This document shows, piece after piece, positions 9,407 through 20,012 of a DNA stretch of 64,000 nt (within the stretch, counting starts at the first letter, position 1; every line of letters begins with the position of its first letter). Below the pieces are notes generated by a model. That model was not told where the DNA came from, ran no database searches, and worked only from the letters and a program-made list of their open reading frames with translations. Source of the DNA: Desulfatiglandales bacterium (GTDB lineage: Bacteria > Desulfobacterota > DSM-4660 > Desulfatiglandales > HGW-15); NCBI GenBank assembly GCA_963667015.2, contig CAXXJJ010000001.1, forward strand, positions 1,600,001-1,664,000. Direction: 5' to 3'. A program made the translations under genes and the position numbers.

Positions 9407-9502
9407 ATCTTCCGAATATTTCTAAAAAAATTCCAAAATATTAATGAAGTTCTAAAGAAATTCCAAAAGCTTCCGATAGTATTTAAAGGAGAGAAGAGGG
9501 CA

Positions 9503-10237
9503 ATGTATCCTGAAACACAAATGCTATCAGTATTGAATATTTCAGAAATATGTGATGTGGCGAGAAGCACTGCATCCTACTGGATTACCCGGAAGGGGCT
9601 TCCGGCCCAGCGTTCGGGCAATAAATTCTGGGTCTCTATGGAAGATCTGATATTATTTCTTGAATCCATAGGGCGTCCGGTACCCCAGACCCTTGTTGAA
9701 GGCATTGGAGGGGCACATTCCCATCCATTTAAAACATATCAAAACTGCTGGAATTACTGGCAAAAGGGGAATCATAGCGAGAATTGTGAAGGCTGTGAGG
9801 TCTTCAGGTATAAGATCAGCGAATGTTTTACCTTAACAGACAACAGAACAAAATGCTCGGTCAGTTGTTCCAGCTGCCAGTACTATTATGAACATTATAC
9901 TCAGTACACTTCATTTATTCATCAGATGCCCATGCCTGCTGCAGTATTGAAGGATATGTACATCTGGAGCGGGAACAATGCGTGGGCGGATCTTTGCGGG
10001 ATTGATATTGACAGTTTGATAGGCATGGGGATCGAAGAGATTATTCATCCTGAGTCAATCAAGATAATTATTAATTTTAACAAGAAGATACATCGGGGTG
10101 ACAATAATGGTTTCCTGAGATCCGATGTGTTTTTTGAAAATCAATATGGCGGAAAAATAAAGGTTAATCTGGCTATGTCTAGTTTAAAGCAACCTGAGGG
10201 CGCATATTTTGCCGTTGTTGACAATATTCTTTTATGA
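9503..10237 (+). CDS. Xis/MerR-like HTH + Cys-rich segment + PAS-domain regulator
   Basis: N-terminal EICDVARSTASYWITRKGLPA (Xis-like wHTH); CW...CxxC...C...CxxxCxxC; PAS-like NNAW..LCG.....LIG...EEIIHPES. Confidence 0.7.
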   Translation: MYPETQMLSVLNISEICDVARSTASYWITRKGLPAQRSGNKFWVSMEDLILFLESIGRPVPQTLVEGIGGAHSHPFKTYQNCWNYWQKGNHSENCEGCEVFRYKISECFTLTDNRTKCSVSCSSCQYYYEHYTQYTSFIHQMPMPAAVLKDMYIWSGNNAWADLCGIDIDSLIGMGIEEIIHPESIKIIINFNKKIHRGDNNGFLRSDVFFENQYGGKIKVNLAMSSLKQPEGAYFAVVDNILL

Positions 10238-10274
10238 CTGATGCCATGGAAAACAGGATACTAAATCGTTTAAT

Positions 10275-11591
10275 ATGAGAAATATAATGTCTGCAGAAAA
10301 GATAGGCCAGCATCATTTTCAACATGAATTGAATCCTTCTTCATGTGAAGGCGCGGTAGAAAAGCAAAAAGAGGTGTTATCTCACAAGATTGAAGGCAGA
10401 TACCGGTCTTTCTTAGAGGATATTGAACTGGCCTATTTTGAGATTGATAGAGCAGGTAATTTCTCATTTTTTAATAACCCCTTATGTGAGATGCTGGGTT
10501 ATTCAAATGACGATTTGATCGGCAAGAATCTTATGCAGTTTCTGGATAAGGAAAACTCAGGGAGAGTAAAGGCGGAGTTCAGGGAAATATTTGAAACCGG
10601 CAGGCATAAAAACGGGTTTGTTTTTCAGATAGTCAGGAAGGACGGCCTTAAAAGGCTGATCGGTGCATCCATATGTCTGAAAACGGACAGGATGAATCAG
10701 AAGACAGGTTTCAAAGGGATAGCCAGAGATATCTCCGAGCGCAAAAATCATGAAGACAAGCTCAATCAAAACCGCAGGCTGGAGTCTATCGGTCAGCTGG
10801 CTGCAGGTATCACCCATGAGATAAATACGCCTATACAATATATTGGAGATAATATTCAGTTTCTCAAGGATTCATACAGGGACATAACTGGTCTGCTTAA
10901 AAAGTCATTGTCTTTTGTACAGGAGGCTAAAGCCGGATCGATAGAGACGTCAGCCATAGGTGAAATTGAAAAACTGATAATTGATTCTGATGCCGACTAC
11001 CTTCTTACGGAAATTCCAAGGGCTATCGGACAGTCCATTGAAGGACTTCAGCGTGTTTCGAATATAGTATCGGCAATGAAACAATTCTGCCACCCGGGAA
11101 TTGAAGGAAAGCAGGTCGCGGATATAAATAAGGCTGTTGAAAACGTTATTACTGTTGCACGTAATGAATGGAAGTATGCGGCGGATGTAGTAACCGATCT
11201 TGATTCAAGCCTTCCTCCAGTCCCCTGCATGCTGGGCGAGATAAATCAGGTTATCCTCAACCTGATTATTAATGCAGTCCACGCCATCAAGGATGCTGTC
11301 AGGCCTGATGAAAATGGTAAGGGAATAATAAGAGTAAGTACAACCCATGATGATTCATGGGTTGAAATACGTGTCAGTGACTCGGGAACAGGTATTCCAA
11401 AGAAAATCAGGTCAAAGATTTTTGATCCTTTTTTTACAACCAAGGAAGTGGGAACCGGAACCGGCCAGGGACTGGCCATTTCGCACTCAATAATTGTCAA
11501 TAATCATGGAGGGGTTTTAGATTTTGAAACAGAGGAAGGCACCGGAACTACAATGATTATCCGCCTGCCTTTGAGGGGGCAAGATGAATAA
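10275..11591 (+). CDS. PAS-domain sensor histidine kinase (NtrB-like)
   Basis: [43 protein letters not shown]. Confidence 0.93.
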   Translation: MRNIMSAEKIGQHHFQHELNPSSCEGAVEKQKEVLSHKIEGRYRSFLEDIELAYFEIDRAGNFSFFNNPLCEMLGYSNDDLIGKNLMQFLDKENSGRVKAEFREIFETGRHKNGFVFQIVRKDGLKRLIGASICLKTDRMNQKTGFKGIARDISERKNHEDKLNQNRRLESIGQLAAGITHEINTPIQYIGDNIQFLKDSYRDITGLLKKSLSFVQEAKAGSIETSAIGEIEKLIIDSDADYLLTEIPRAIGQSIEGLQRVSNIVSAMKQFCHPGIEGKQVADINKAVENVITVARNEWKYAADVVTDLDSSLPPVPCMLGEINQVILNLIINAVHAIKDAVRPDENGKGIIRVSTTHDDSWVEIRVSDSGTGIPKKIRSKIFDPFFTTKEVGTGTGQGLAISHSIIVNNHGGVLDFETEEGTGTTMIIRLPLRGQDE

Positions 11592-12813
11592 TACTTATCC
11601 GCATGAGATAAAAAGAAATGTATTATTTGTTGATGATGAGCCCATGGTACTTCAGGGCTTGGGCAGGATGCTCAGGTCAGAAAGGAATAATTTCAATACA
11701 TCCTTTGCTGCGAGCGGTCCTGAGGCATTGTCATTGCTGGCTAAAGAGCATTTTGATGTTGTCGTAACCGATATAAGTATGCCTCAAATGACGGGTCTGC
11801 AGCTGCTGGCAGAGGTTAAGGACCTCTATCCCGATACTGTAAGGATTATTTTATCAGGAGAGCCGGACCTGGAAATGTCCATGAAGTCTGTAAATGTGTC
11901 TCATCGCTTTCTCAATAAGCCCTGCGACCCGGAGGTATTGAAATCCACTATCCTGAGAACCTGCAGGCTTTCCGATTTTTTAAGAAATGATTCAATGAAA
12001 AAGACCTTGACCCGGATAGATTCTTTACCCAGTATGCCGTCTATATATCTTGAAATAACAGAAGAATTGCAATCCCGGGATGCATCAATTCAAAGGGTCG
12101 GAAAGATTATTTCAAGGGATGTGGCTCTGACATCAAAGATTCTTCAACTGGTTAATTCCGCTTATTTTTCATTGCCCAGACACATTTCGAGTCCTGAACA
12201 TGCTGCGATTCTGCTGGGGATCAATATTATTAAATCCCTTGTTCTGGTTTCTCAGATTTTTAAAAAATTCGAATCAATAGATATGCCCGGGAATTTTATG
12301 CAGTCTTTATGGTCACATAATATTCTGACGGGTAATCTTGCAAAGGCTATAGCAAAAGAGGAATCAAGGGACCAGAAGATAATTGACAATTCATTTATCG
12401 CAGGACTGCTTCACGATTGTGGAAAACTGATACTGGCATCAAATTTCTCTGAAGAATATCGGGAGATAATCCAAAACAGCTATGAAGATTCCAGACCATT
12501 ATGGTCGGTAGAAGAAGAGACACTCGGTATTACTCATGCAGAGGTTGGCGCTTACCTAATGGAATTATGGGGACTGCCGTCAAACATCATTGAAGCGATC
12601 GCCTTTCACCATCATCCATCCATGTATGGAGACAAAGATTTCAGTCCTTTAACTGCTGTGCATATAGCCAACACACTGGGGCATGAAGATGATGATACAG
12701 ATGATGGGTTTCAGATGGATTTTGATTTTAATTATCTGGCGGACATGAACCTTGAGAACAAGACGAAAAGCTGGGAAATAATCCGGCAAAATATAATAAA
12801 CGGAGCTGCTTAA
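11584..12813 (+). CDS. Response regulator with HDOD domain
   Basis: LFVDDE...DISMP...KPC; LPSMP, ILQLVNSAYF, GLLHDCGKL, HAEVGAYL..WGLP. Confidence 0.92.
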   Translation: MNNTYPHEIKRNVLFVDDEPMVLQGLGRMLRSERNNFNTSFAASGPEALSLLAKEHFDVVVTDISMPQMTGLQLLAEVKDLYPDTVRIILSGEPDLEMSMKSVNVSHRFLNKPCDPEVLKSTILRTCRLSDFLRNDSMKKTLTRIDSLPSMPSIYLEITEELQSRDASIQRVGKIISRDVALTSKILQLVNSAYFSLPRHISSPEHAAILLGINIIKSLVLVSQIFKKFESIDMPGNFMQSLWSHNILTGNLAKAIAKEESRDQKIIDNSFIAGLLHDCGKLILASNFSEEYREIIQNSYEDSRPLWSVEEETLGITHAEVGAYLMELWGLPSNIIEAIAFHHHPSMYGDKDFSPLTAVHIANTLGHEDDDTDDGFQMDFDFNYLADMNLENKTKSWEIIRQNIINGAA

Positions 12814-12814
12814 A

Positions 12815-13915
12815 ATGGAAACCCGGATACTGTTTGTAGATGATGATTCGAATATACTTGATGGCTATAAAAGGCAATTGAGGAAACAGTTTACTATTGA
12901 AACTGCAGAGGGCGGTGAAAAGGGTCTCCAGATAATTAAAAATAATGGCCCCTTTGCTGTGATAGTATCGGATCTAAAGATGCCGGGAATGGATGGTAAT
13001 CGGTTTCTGGCACATGTGAAAGAAATATCCCCCGAAAGTACAAGGATATTGCTTACAGGTTATGCGGACCTGAGAAGCACAATTGACGCAATTAATAATG
13101 GGAGTATTTTCCGGTTACTGACCAAACCGTGCGACAGGATGGATCTGATTCAGGCGCTGGAAAACGGGATTGAGCAATATCTGAAAAATGTAAGGTCAAA
13201 GGCAGGTAATGATGTACCAGACAGCCTTTCCAGAAAAAAGGTATTGATTGTGGATGATGACCCTTCCACGGTCAGGCTTCTCCAGAAATCACTCAAAGAT
13301 ATAGAGGGGCTTGAGATACATACTGCCGAGGACGGAAGAAAGGCAATAAATCTTCTGAACAGCATGAATTTTGATCTTTTGGTATGTGATATTCATATGC
13401 CCCAGATAAACGGCCTGCAACTCCTGAATTATGTAAATAAACATATCCAGGGAATACGCGTTATAGTTCTGACAGGCGAAAGCTCGGAAACAATGGAAGA
13501 TAAAATTAAATCCATAGGCACCTACCAGTTCTACGAAAAACCCCTGGATATGAATGTCTTTAAAGACAGTGTCATCAGGGAGCTGCGTTCGACCATTACC
13601 AGTCAGATACATGGAATCAACATCTCCTCATTCCTGCAGCTGATAGATATTGAAGGTAAGATCTGTACTCTTACCGTGAGATCACATGGCAATGTAGGCT
13701 ACCTCTATTTTCGTAATGGAGAGCTGATAGCCGCTGAAACCGGAGAACAGAGAGGAGAACCGGCTGCATTAAATATTATAAGCTGGAATAACAGTATTAT
13801 TGAGTTAGCTGATATATGTCAGAAAAATAAACGGGAGATTGAAAAGCCGCTTATGCAGATTCTTATGGAGAGTGCAAGGCTAAAAGATGAGGAAAGCATG
13901 GCGGCGGAGGTTTAG
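12815..13915 (+). CDS. Dual receiver-domain protein with C-terminal DUF4388/PatA-N-like domain
   Basis: Two REC domains; FLQLIDIEGKICTL...GYLYFRNGELIAAE. Confidence 0.85.
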   Translation: METRILFVDDDSNILDGYKRQLRKQFTIETAEGGEKGLQIIKNNGPFAVIVSDLKMPGMDGNRFLAHVKEISPESTRILLTGYADLRSTIDAINNGSIFRLLTKPCDRMDLIQALENGIEQYLKNVRSKAGNDVPDSLSRKKVLIVDDDPSTVRLLQKSLKDIEGLEIHTAEDGRKAINLLNSMNFDLLVCDIHMPQINGLQLLNYVNKHIQGIRVIVLTGESSETMEDKIKSIGTYQFYEKPLDMNVFKDSVIRELRSTITSQIHGINISSFLQLIDIEGKICTLTVRSHGNVGYLYFRNGELIAAETGEQRGEPAALNIISWNNSIIELADICQKNKREIEKPLMQILMESARLKDEESMAAEV

Positions 13916-13916
13916 T

Positions 13917-15014
13917 ATGTCTAGAATTATAACAGTAACAAGCGGCAAAGGCGGTGTAGGTAAAACCAATATCAGTGTAAACGCCGCTCTTTATCTTGCA
14001 GCCCAGGGGTATAGTACATGCCTCTTTGATGCGGACATGGGACTTGCAAATGTAGATATCCTTCTTGGGTATTACCCTGAATTTACACTTGAAGATGTTC
14101 TTGAGAAGAGGAAAGACATCAGGGATATCATTATAAAAACTCCTTCGGGGCTCGATATAATCCCGGGCAGTTCAGGAGTGAAGATGCTTGCAGACCCTGA
14201 ACCTGACCAGGTGGAAGATTTAATAGAATCATTATCAGCTCTTGATGAGTATGATTTCTTTATTTTTGATACATCCGCAGGAATTTCAAAAAGCGTAGTA
14301 TCATTCTGTATGACATCACCCGAAATCGTTCTGGTAATAACACCGGAGCCAACTTCTATTACAGATGCTTATGCCCTTCTGAAAATACTCTGTTTAAATA
14401 AGATAGACAGCACTGTAATGATTGCCATCAACCAGTGTATGAGCATGGAGGTTGCCAATAAACTATATTCAAAATTCAAAGAGGTTGTTCATAAAAATCT
14501 CAATATAGACATTTTCCCACTTGGAACTATTCCTCTTGATCCCCATGTATCAAAGGCTGTAAAGCAGCAGGAACCGCTGATTTCTGTTTTCCCCAATTCT
14601 GACGCAGCAAAGGGAATAAAAAATATTGCGAGGTATCTTGTCACTAAAGGTGCCACCGAGCTTAATAATTATGACCTGGAAGACTTCTGGAGAAAATGCC
14701 TTGAGCGGATGAACGGTGATATTATACTGACAAATAACAAAAATAGAAAGAAAGCAGGCGCAGTTCCGGGGGAGCTCTCCCTGGAACATAAGAAAAAACT
14801 GAGAACTCAGGATGTAGAATCTTCCGGAAAGATCAAATTTGCTGAATCTCCTGTTCAGACGAATAAGAGTGATGGGGTGCCTGTAAATAAAGAACAGATA
14901 GATACTAACCATGTTTTTAAAATGCTTGAAGGCCTTGTGGAAGGGATATCGACAATATCATCTGAACTTGGCGCTATTCGTAAAATTATGGAGAGTGATA
15001 GAACCCGTTTGTAA
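13917..15014 (+). CDS. MinD/ParA-family ATPase (FlhG/FleN-like) with C-terminal extension
   Basis: SGKGGVGKT, DADMGLANVD, DTSAGI, TPEPTSITDAYA. Confidence 0.88.
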   Translation: MSRIITVTSGKGGVGKTNISVNAALYLAAQGYSTCLFDADMGLANVDILLGYYPEFTLEDVLEKRKDIRDIIIKTPSGLDIIPGSSGVKMLADPEPDQVEDLIESLSALDEYDFFIFDTSAGISKSVVSFCMTSPEIVLVITPEPTSITDAYALLKILCLNKIDSTVMIAINQCMSMEVANKLYSKFKEVVHKNLNIDIFPLGTIPLDPHVSKAVKQQEPLISVFPNSDAAKGIKNIARYLVTKGATELNNYDLEDFWRKCLERMNGDIILTNNKNRKKAGAVPGELSLEHKKKLRTQDVESSGKIKFAESPVQTNKSDGVPVNKEQIDTNHVFKMLEGLVEGISTISSELGAIRKIMESDRTRL

Positions 15015-15110
15015 GAGGGTCGGTATATCATGAAGATTAATGGGCTGGATCTGACTTATATTACTAAAATGATATCTTACTATTCATGAAAGCCTAACAG
15101 GGATAATATT

Positions 15111-15716
15111 TTGGCATTTATAAATTTTAATAAAAAAGAAATTCAGGCGAAGATAGTTTATTACGGACCCGGCAGAGGCGGAAAGACCACAAATCTTGAG
15201 TATATACACCGGGAACATAAAGACCAGATCAAAACCGAGATGATTACCGTAAAGACAAAGGGCGACAGGACCCTGTTTTTTGATTTTCTGCCTCTTAATG
15301 TAGGGGCCATCAATGGGTACTCACTCAAGTTCCAGTTATACACCGTTCCCGGGCAGGTCATGTATAACGAAACAAGGAAACTTGTGTTAAGGGGAGCCGA
15401 CGGAATTGTATTTGTTGCAGACTCTCTTGCCATGAGAAAAGAGAAAAATATGATCTCTTTAAAGAACCTTCAGGAAAACTTAAGCTCCTATAATAAAAAT
15501 ATTTTTAAAATCCCTCTGGTAATGCAGTTTAACAAGAGAGATCTGGAAAATCAGGGAATCCCGTTGACACCTGTGGAGTCGCTCCAGAAAAGTCTTAACA
15601 GTAAATTAAAGGTCCCATGGTTTGAGGCCAGTGCCATGGAAGGTACCAATGTCCTGGCAACATTGAAACAGATTGTTTCCCTGACTGCCAAATCAATTTC
15701 AAAAGAACTACAATAG
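15111..15716 (+). CDS. mglA: MglA-family small GTPase
   Basis: KIVYYGPGRGGKTTNL, RTLFFDFLP, LYTVPGQV.YN.TR.LVL.GADG, NKRDL. TTG start. Confidence 0.88.
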   Translation: MAFINFNKKEIQAKIVYYGPGRGGKTTNLEYIHREHKDQIKTEMITVKTKGDRTLFFDFLPLNVGAINGYSLKFQLYTVPGQVMYNETRKLVLRGADGIVFVADSLAMRKEKNMISLKNLQENLSSYNKNIFKIPLVMQFNKRDLENQGIPLTPVESLQKSLNSKLKVPWFEASAMEGTNVLATLKQIVSLTAKSISKELQ

Positions 15717-15741
15717 GTGAGGATAATACGGGTTATTAGAT

Positions 15742-18120
15742 ATGGGTACAGCAACTGATATAAACAGTAAAATGCAGGAAGCCGAAGTATATCACTCCAT
15801 GGGATTACCCAAAGAGTCTCTGGTCCTGTATGAGGGAATATTGACAACTATCCCCTCTCAGGATGGCAAGGCCTATACGGATATTCAGAAAAAGATCAAT
15901 ATCCTTAAAGAGGAGATAAAAGAGAAATATCCCGAGGAATTTGAAGGCCTGACAGAAGAAGATGTAACCGGGATACAGGAGCAGCTGATCTCGGCAGATG
16001 ATAATGCCCCGGCTATTAATGACACTGCATATGCATTTAAAGAGCTCGGACTATACAGGGAAGCGATTACCGAATATGAGAAACTTTGTTCTCTTGACTA
16101 CCCTGTTGAAACAATTATTCCCGACCTGTGCGATTGTCTGTTTAAGCTTTATCCTTCAATGGAAATTATTCTTCAGGCAGATAATTTTTTTAAAAAGTTC
16201 AATTTTGGAGATGAACAGCTAGCTGAAGTCAAATATCAGCTTGGCCTTGAACTAGAAAAAAGAGACAGCAAGGAACAGGCCCTTTATTATTATGAAACAG
16301 CCTCTGAGCTGGACCCTAAAAATGAAGATATCAAGAGGCGATTGAACGCTCTTGCAGCCCATTTTGCAACGGGTTCCAAATATGATTATCTCCTGAACAA
16401 TAACATAATAACAACCGAACAACTGCTTGATTCTCTAGCCATTGCAAAGAAAAACAAGAGCAGCGTCGAACATGTTCTTGTCACCCAGTTTAAGGTAAGC
16501 AGAGAAGATATCGGTGTATCTCTTACCGGATGCTACAGACATCCCTTCAGGGGATTTGATCCTGATGCCCCGACTCCTGTTGAACTTCTTACTAATTTAA
16601 AGAAATCTTTTCTCCTGCAGGATCTGTGGGTGCCGCTCGGCTGGGAAAAAGACACCATACAGGTGTTGATTGATGATCCTATCAACCTGAATAAGATAGA
16701 TGTTGTAACTGCCCTTCTTAAGGCTAAAAAGGCCGAATTTTTTATCGGATACAAGGAAGACATAGAGGCATATATTAAGCTGTTTTTTGATAAGAAAAGG
16801 GCCACTGATGAAGAGGATGCATCCGGTTCAAATTTTGATGATTTCGATTTAATGCCTGATATCTCCTTTGAAGAAGAGGAGGAAAATTATGAGGAGAATA
16901 TAGACGAATTTACCGAGGCGTCGGGAAAGGTTGTAAAGCTTGTTGATCAGATCCTTGTAGCGGCATACAGAAAAAATACATCTGATATTCATATTGAACC
17001 GTCTCCGCTCACAAAGGCAACACTTGTCCGGTTCAGGCTGGATGGTGTCTGTCAGGAGTATATCCAGGTCCCCAACACCATGGCAAAGGGTATTATATCC
17101 AGAATAAAAATAATGGCAGGGCTTGATATCGCGGAGAGGCGGCTGCCGCAGGACGGTAAGATAAAATTTAAAAGAAAAGGTATACCGGGCTTTGAACTCA
17201 GGGTTGCGACTCTTCCGACTGCCGGCGGATATGAAGATGCTGTAATGAGGATACTTGCCAAGGCAGGGGCAATGAATCTGGATAATATGGGTTTAAGCCA
17301 GCGTAACCTTGACGTTATGAAAAAAATTATACATCAGCCCTATGGCCTTGTTCTTGTGGTGGGGCCTACAGGATCGGGTAAAACCACATCTCTACACAGC
17401 GCACTGGGTTATATTAATAAACCTGGCATAAAGATATGGACGGCTGAGGATCCGGTTGAAATAACACAGCAGGGTATGAGACAGGTGGAGGCCCATCCAA
17501 AAATCGGCCTTGATTTTGCGCGAATTATGCGTGCTTTCCTGAGGGCTGACCCGGATGTAATAATGATCGGTGAAATGCGTGACAATGAGACTGCATCAAT
17601 TGGTATTGAGGCATCCCTTACCGGTCACCTTGTTTTATCAACACTCCATACAAACAGTGCCCCTGAAACAATTACCAGGCTTCTTGATATGGGGCTCAAC
17701 CCTCTTAATTTTTCCGATGCATTTCTTGGTGTTATGGCCCAGCGGCTTGTAAGACGTCTGTGTGATAAATGCAGGAAGGAATATCACCCCTCGAAGGAAG
17801 AGTTTGAAGAGCTCATTCTGGATTACGGAAGAGAGCAGTTTGAAAAAACCGGGCTCAAATATACAAACGACTTTACACTTTATAAACCCGGCGGTTGTGA
17901 TGTGTGCTCAGGAACCGGTTATAAGGGACGGCTCGGCATCCATGAACTTATGGAAGGAACCCCGGAAATAAAGCGGATGATAAAAAAGCAGTCTAACAGT
18001 GAAGAGCTGTTTGCACAGGCCATGAATGACGGCATGACCACTCTCAGACAGGACGGAATATTAAAGGCAATTCAGGGATTGACGGATATAAGTGAAGTAA
18101 GAAGGGTCTGTGTGGGGTAG
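15742..18120 (+). CDS. GspE/PilB-family ATPase with N-terminal TPR region
   Basis: SDIHIEP, ERRLPQDG, GPTGSGKTT, EDPVE, LRADPDVIMIGEMRD, tetracysteine motif. Confidence 0.9.
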   Translation: MGTATDINSKMQEAEVYHSMGLPKESLVLYEGILTTIPSQDGKAYTDIQKKINILKEEIKEKYPEEFEGLTEEDVTGIQEQLISADDNAPAINDTAYAFKELGLYREAITEYEKLCSLDYPVETIIPDLCDCLFKLYPSMEIILQADNFFKKFNFGDEQLAEVKYQLGLELEKRDSKEQALYYYETASELDPKNEDIKRRLNALAAHFATGSKYDYLLNNNIITTEQLLDSLAIAKKNKSSVEHVLVTQFKVSREDIGVSLTGCYRHPFRGFDPDAPTPVELLTNLKKSFLLQDLWVPLGWEKDTIQVLIDDPINLNKIDVVTALLKAKKAEFFIGYKEDIEAYIKLFFDKKRATDEEDASGSNFDDFDLMPDISFEEEEENYEENIDEFTEASGKVVKLVDQILVAAYRKNTSDIHIEPSPLTKATLVRFRLDGVCQEYIQVPNTMAKGIISRIKIMAGLDIAERRLPQDGKIKFKRKGIPGFELRVATLPTAGGYEDAVMRILAKAGAMNLDNMGLSQRNLDVMKKIIHQPYGLVLVVGPTGSGKTTSLHSALGYINKPGIKIWTAEDPVEITQQGMRQVEAHPKIGLDFARIMRAFLRADPDVIMIGEMRDNETASIGIEASLTGHLVLSTLHTNSAPETITRLLDMGLNPLNFSDAFLGVMAQRLVRRLCDKCRKEYHPSKEEFEELILDYGREQFEKTGLKYTNDFTLYKPGGCDVCSGTGYKGRLGIHELMEGTPEIKRMIKKQSNSEELFAQAMNDGMTTLRQDGILKAIQGLTDISEVRRVCVG

Positions 18121-18346
18121 CTGCAAAATAGAAGAATTCCTGTCTGGAGATAATGGCAAAAAAGAATTTATCCTGTGGATACTTCTACTGTTTACGGTGT
18201 AACTTGCGTGTGATTTAACATATGGTATGTCAAATAAAAGCAAATGCTGAAAACTGCCAGGAAAATTCGAAGTCATCAGATATAACATGACATGAAACTG
18301 TGTATATGGTAATTATTTACAGAATTATCAATTATGAGAAACCGGT

Positions 18347-19396
18347 ATGCCTGACAAAGAAAAAAAGAGACTGACAGAGACTGTAAAAGGGTCGGGTTGA
18401 GCATCAAAGCTGGGTCCGGCGGACCTTGCAAAAGCCCTTTGCGGTCTTGAACTGCCCTACAGTGCGGATGTGATCGTTGGCCTTGATACATCCGATGATG
18501 CAGGTGTGCTCAAGCTCAGTGATGATCTTGCCATTATTCAGACCGTGGATTTCTTTACCCCTGTTGTGGACGACCCATACTCATTTGGACTTATCGCGGC
18601 CGCCAATGCACTGAGTGATGTATATGCCATGGGCGGACAACCTATCACGGCAATGAATATTATCGCCTTTCCTGTCAGCACATTGGATATAAGTGTGCTT
18701 CAGGAAGCATTAAGGGGAGGTCTCGATAAAATCAAGGAGGCCGGAGCACTCCTTTTGGGCGGTCACAGTGTTGAGGATGAAGAGTTCAAGTACGGCCTTT
18801 CAGTTACAGGAAAGGTGCATCCTGATAAGGTCCTTGCAAACAGGGGAGGGAGACCCGGTGACCTGCTTGTCCTTACAAAGCCCCTGGGTATAGGTATTAT
18901 AAATACTGCTATCAAGGGAAACATTGCCGGAGAGGACCTTGTTAACAGGGCTGTTAAGATAATGTCTTCGCTAAATAGAGGCCCGGCAGAAGAGTTTGGT
19001 GATTTCCATATTACTGCATGTACAGATGTTACGGGTTTTGGACTTATAGGCCATGCATGCGAGATGATAGATGATAATTCGGCAGGCATAAAACTGTATA
19101 AGGAGAATATTCCAGTCATTCCCGAGGCTGTTGAGTTCGCAGGGATGGGCATTGTTCCTGCCGGCAGCATGAGAAATAAAAAATACAGGGAACACCAGGT
19201 TGAAGGAATTAATGATATTGATCCTGTTATGCTTGATATCTTATTCGATCCCCAGACATCCGGTGGGCTCCTTATCGCCCTTCCGGAAAATGAAGCTCAT
19301 GAGCTGGTAAAAAGATTGAAGCAAAAGGGAATAGAGACCGCCGCCATTGTAGGTGAATTCACGGATTCTTCCAGAGGAAAAATACTGATCCGATAG
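18347..19396 (+). CDS. selD: Selenide, water dikinase, selenocysteine form (UGA at 18398-18400)
   Basis: ATG at 18347 is in frame with the 18470 ORF: MPDKEKKRLTETVKGSG-U-ASKLGP. Motifs DDAGV, QTVDFFTP, AANALSDVYAMGG, TDVTGFGL, DPQTSGGLL. Confidence 0.95.
18412..18426 (+). promoter_or_regulatory. Putative bacterial SECIS hairpin
   Basis: g-ggtcc-ggc-ggacc-t stem-loop 11 nt after the in-frame UGA, with G in the loop. Confidence 0.7.
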
Positions 19397-19725
19397 AATG
19401 ATTTTAAAAGCTTAAACACCCCATCGCTGGATTTATTGGTTTCCGGAAGTTATTTTTCTTTTCTGTCTTTACCTGCATCAGCTTCATAAGTGTCTGGTAA
19501 TTCGGGATGATGTGACTATTTTTTCAGGCACTTTTACCTTCCGGATGTTTAACTATCCCATTTTGTACGCAGTATTTGTGTGAAATATTTGATCTGATTC
19601 AGGAAAACCTTGTCGCTTAAACATGATATCGGGGTAAAATAGGCTATATAATCATACTATCGAAAGTGTTTGCCTGATAAAATGTTTTAAAAAGTAGACA
19701 TTTAATGGGCCTTCATCTTTCTAAG

Positions 19726-19763
19726 GCACCCCAAAAGTGCACATAAGTGCACTTTTGGGGTGC
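19726..19763. repeat. Perfect inverted repeat, 17-bp arms
   Basis: gcaccccaaaagtgcac-ataa-gtgcacttttggggtgc. Confidence 0.9.
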
Positions 19764-19929
19764 TGGTGCCTATGTTTTCCCTCATGCCGCCTTCAAATCA
19801 CATTGGATTTTCATTAAAATTAAAATTATTTTCCAATTGTTTATTTTCTCTAACAATCTGAAAAATCAAAAAGTTACCTGCGGTTTGATTATTTAATTTA
19901 AAGTTGCGAATAATTTTCTGCACACTTAT

Positions 19930-19945
19930 TGGTATTGAAAATGCA
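19930..19945 (+). promoter_or_regulatory. Putative sigma54 (-24/-12) promoter
   Basis: TGGTATTGAAAATGCA is GG-N10-GC, about 70 bp before the ATG at 20013. Confidence 0.55.
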
Positions 19946-20012
19946 GTGCCAACTCTCCGTAATCTATCCATTTAAAAAAAGTTATTCAAAAGTGACAATA
20001 AAGGAGGACGGC

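Noticed and set aside
13917..15014. Flagellar locus based on the FlhG-like gene
   Set aside because: No flhF, fliA or other flagellar genes in the window.
18470..19396. selD starting at 18470
   Set aside because: It would lack the catalytic N-terminus; readthrough of the Sec UGA from 18347 explains it.
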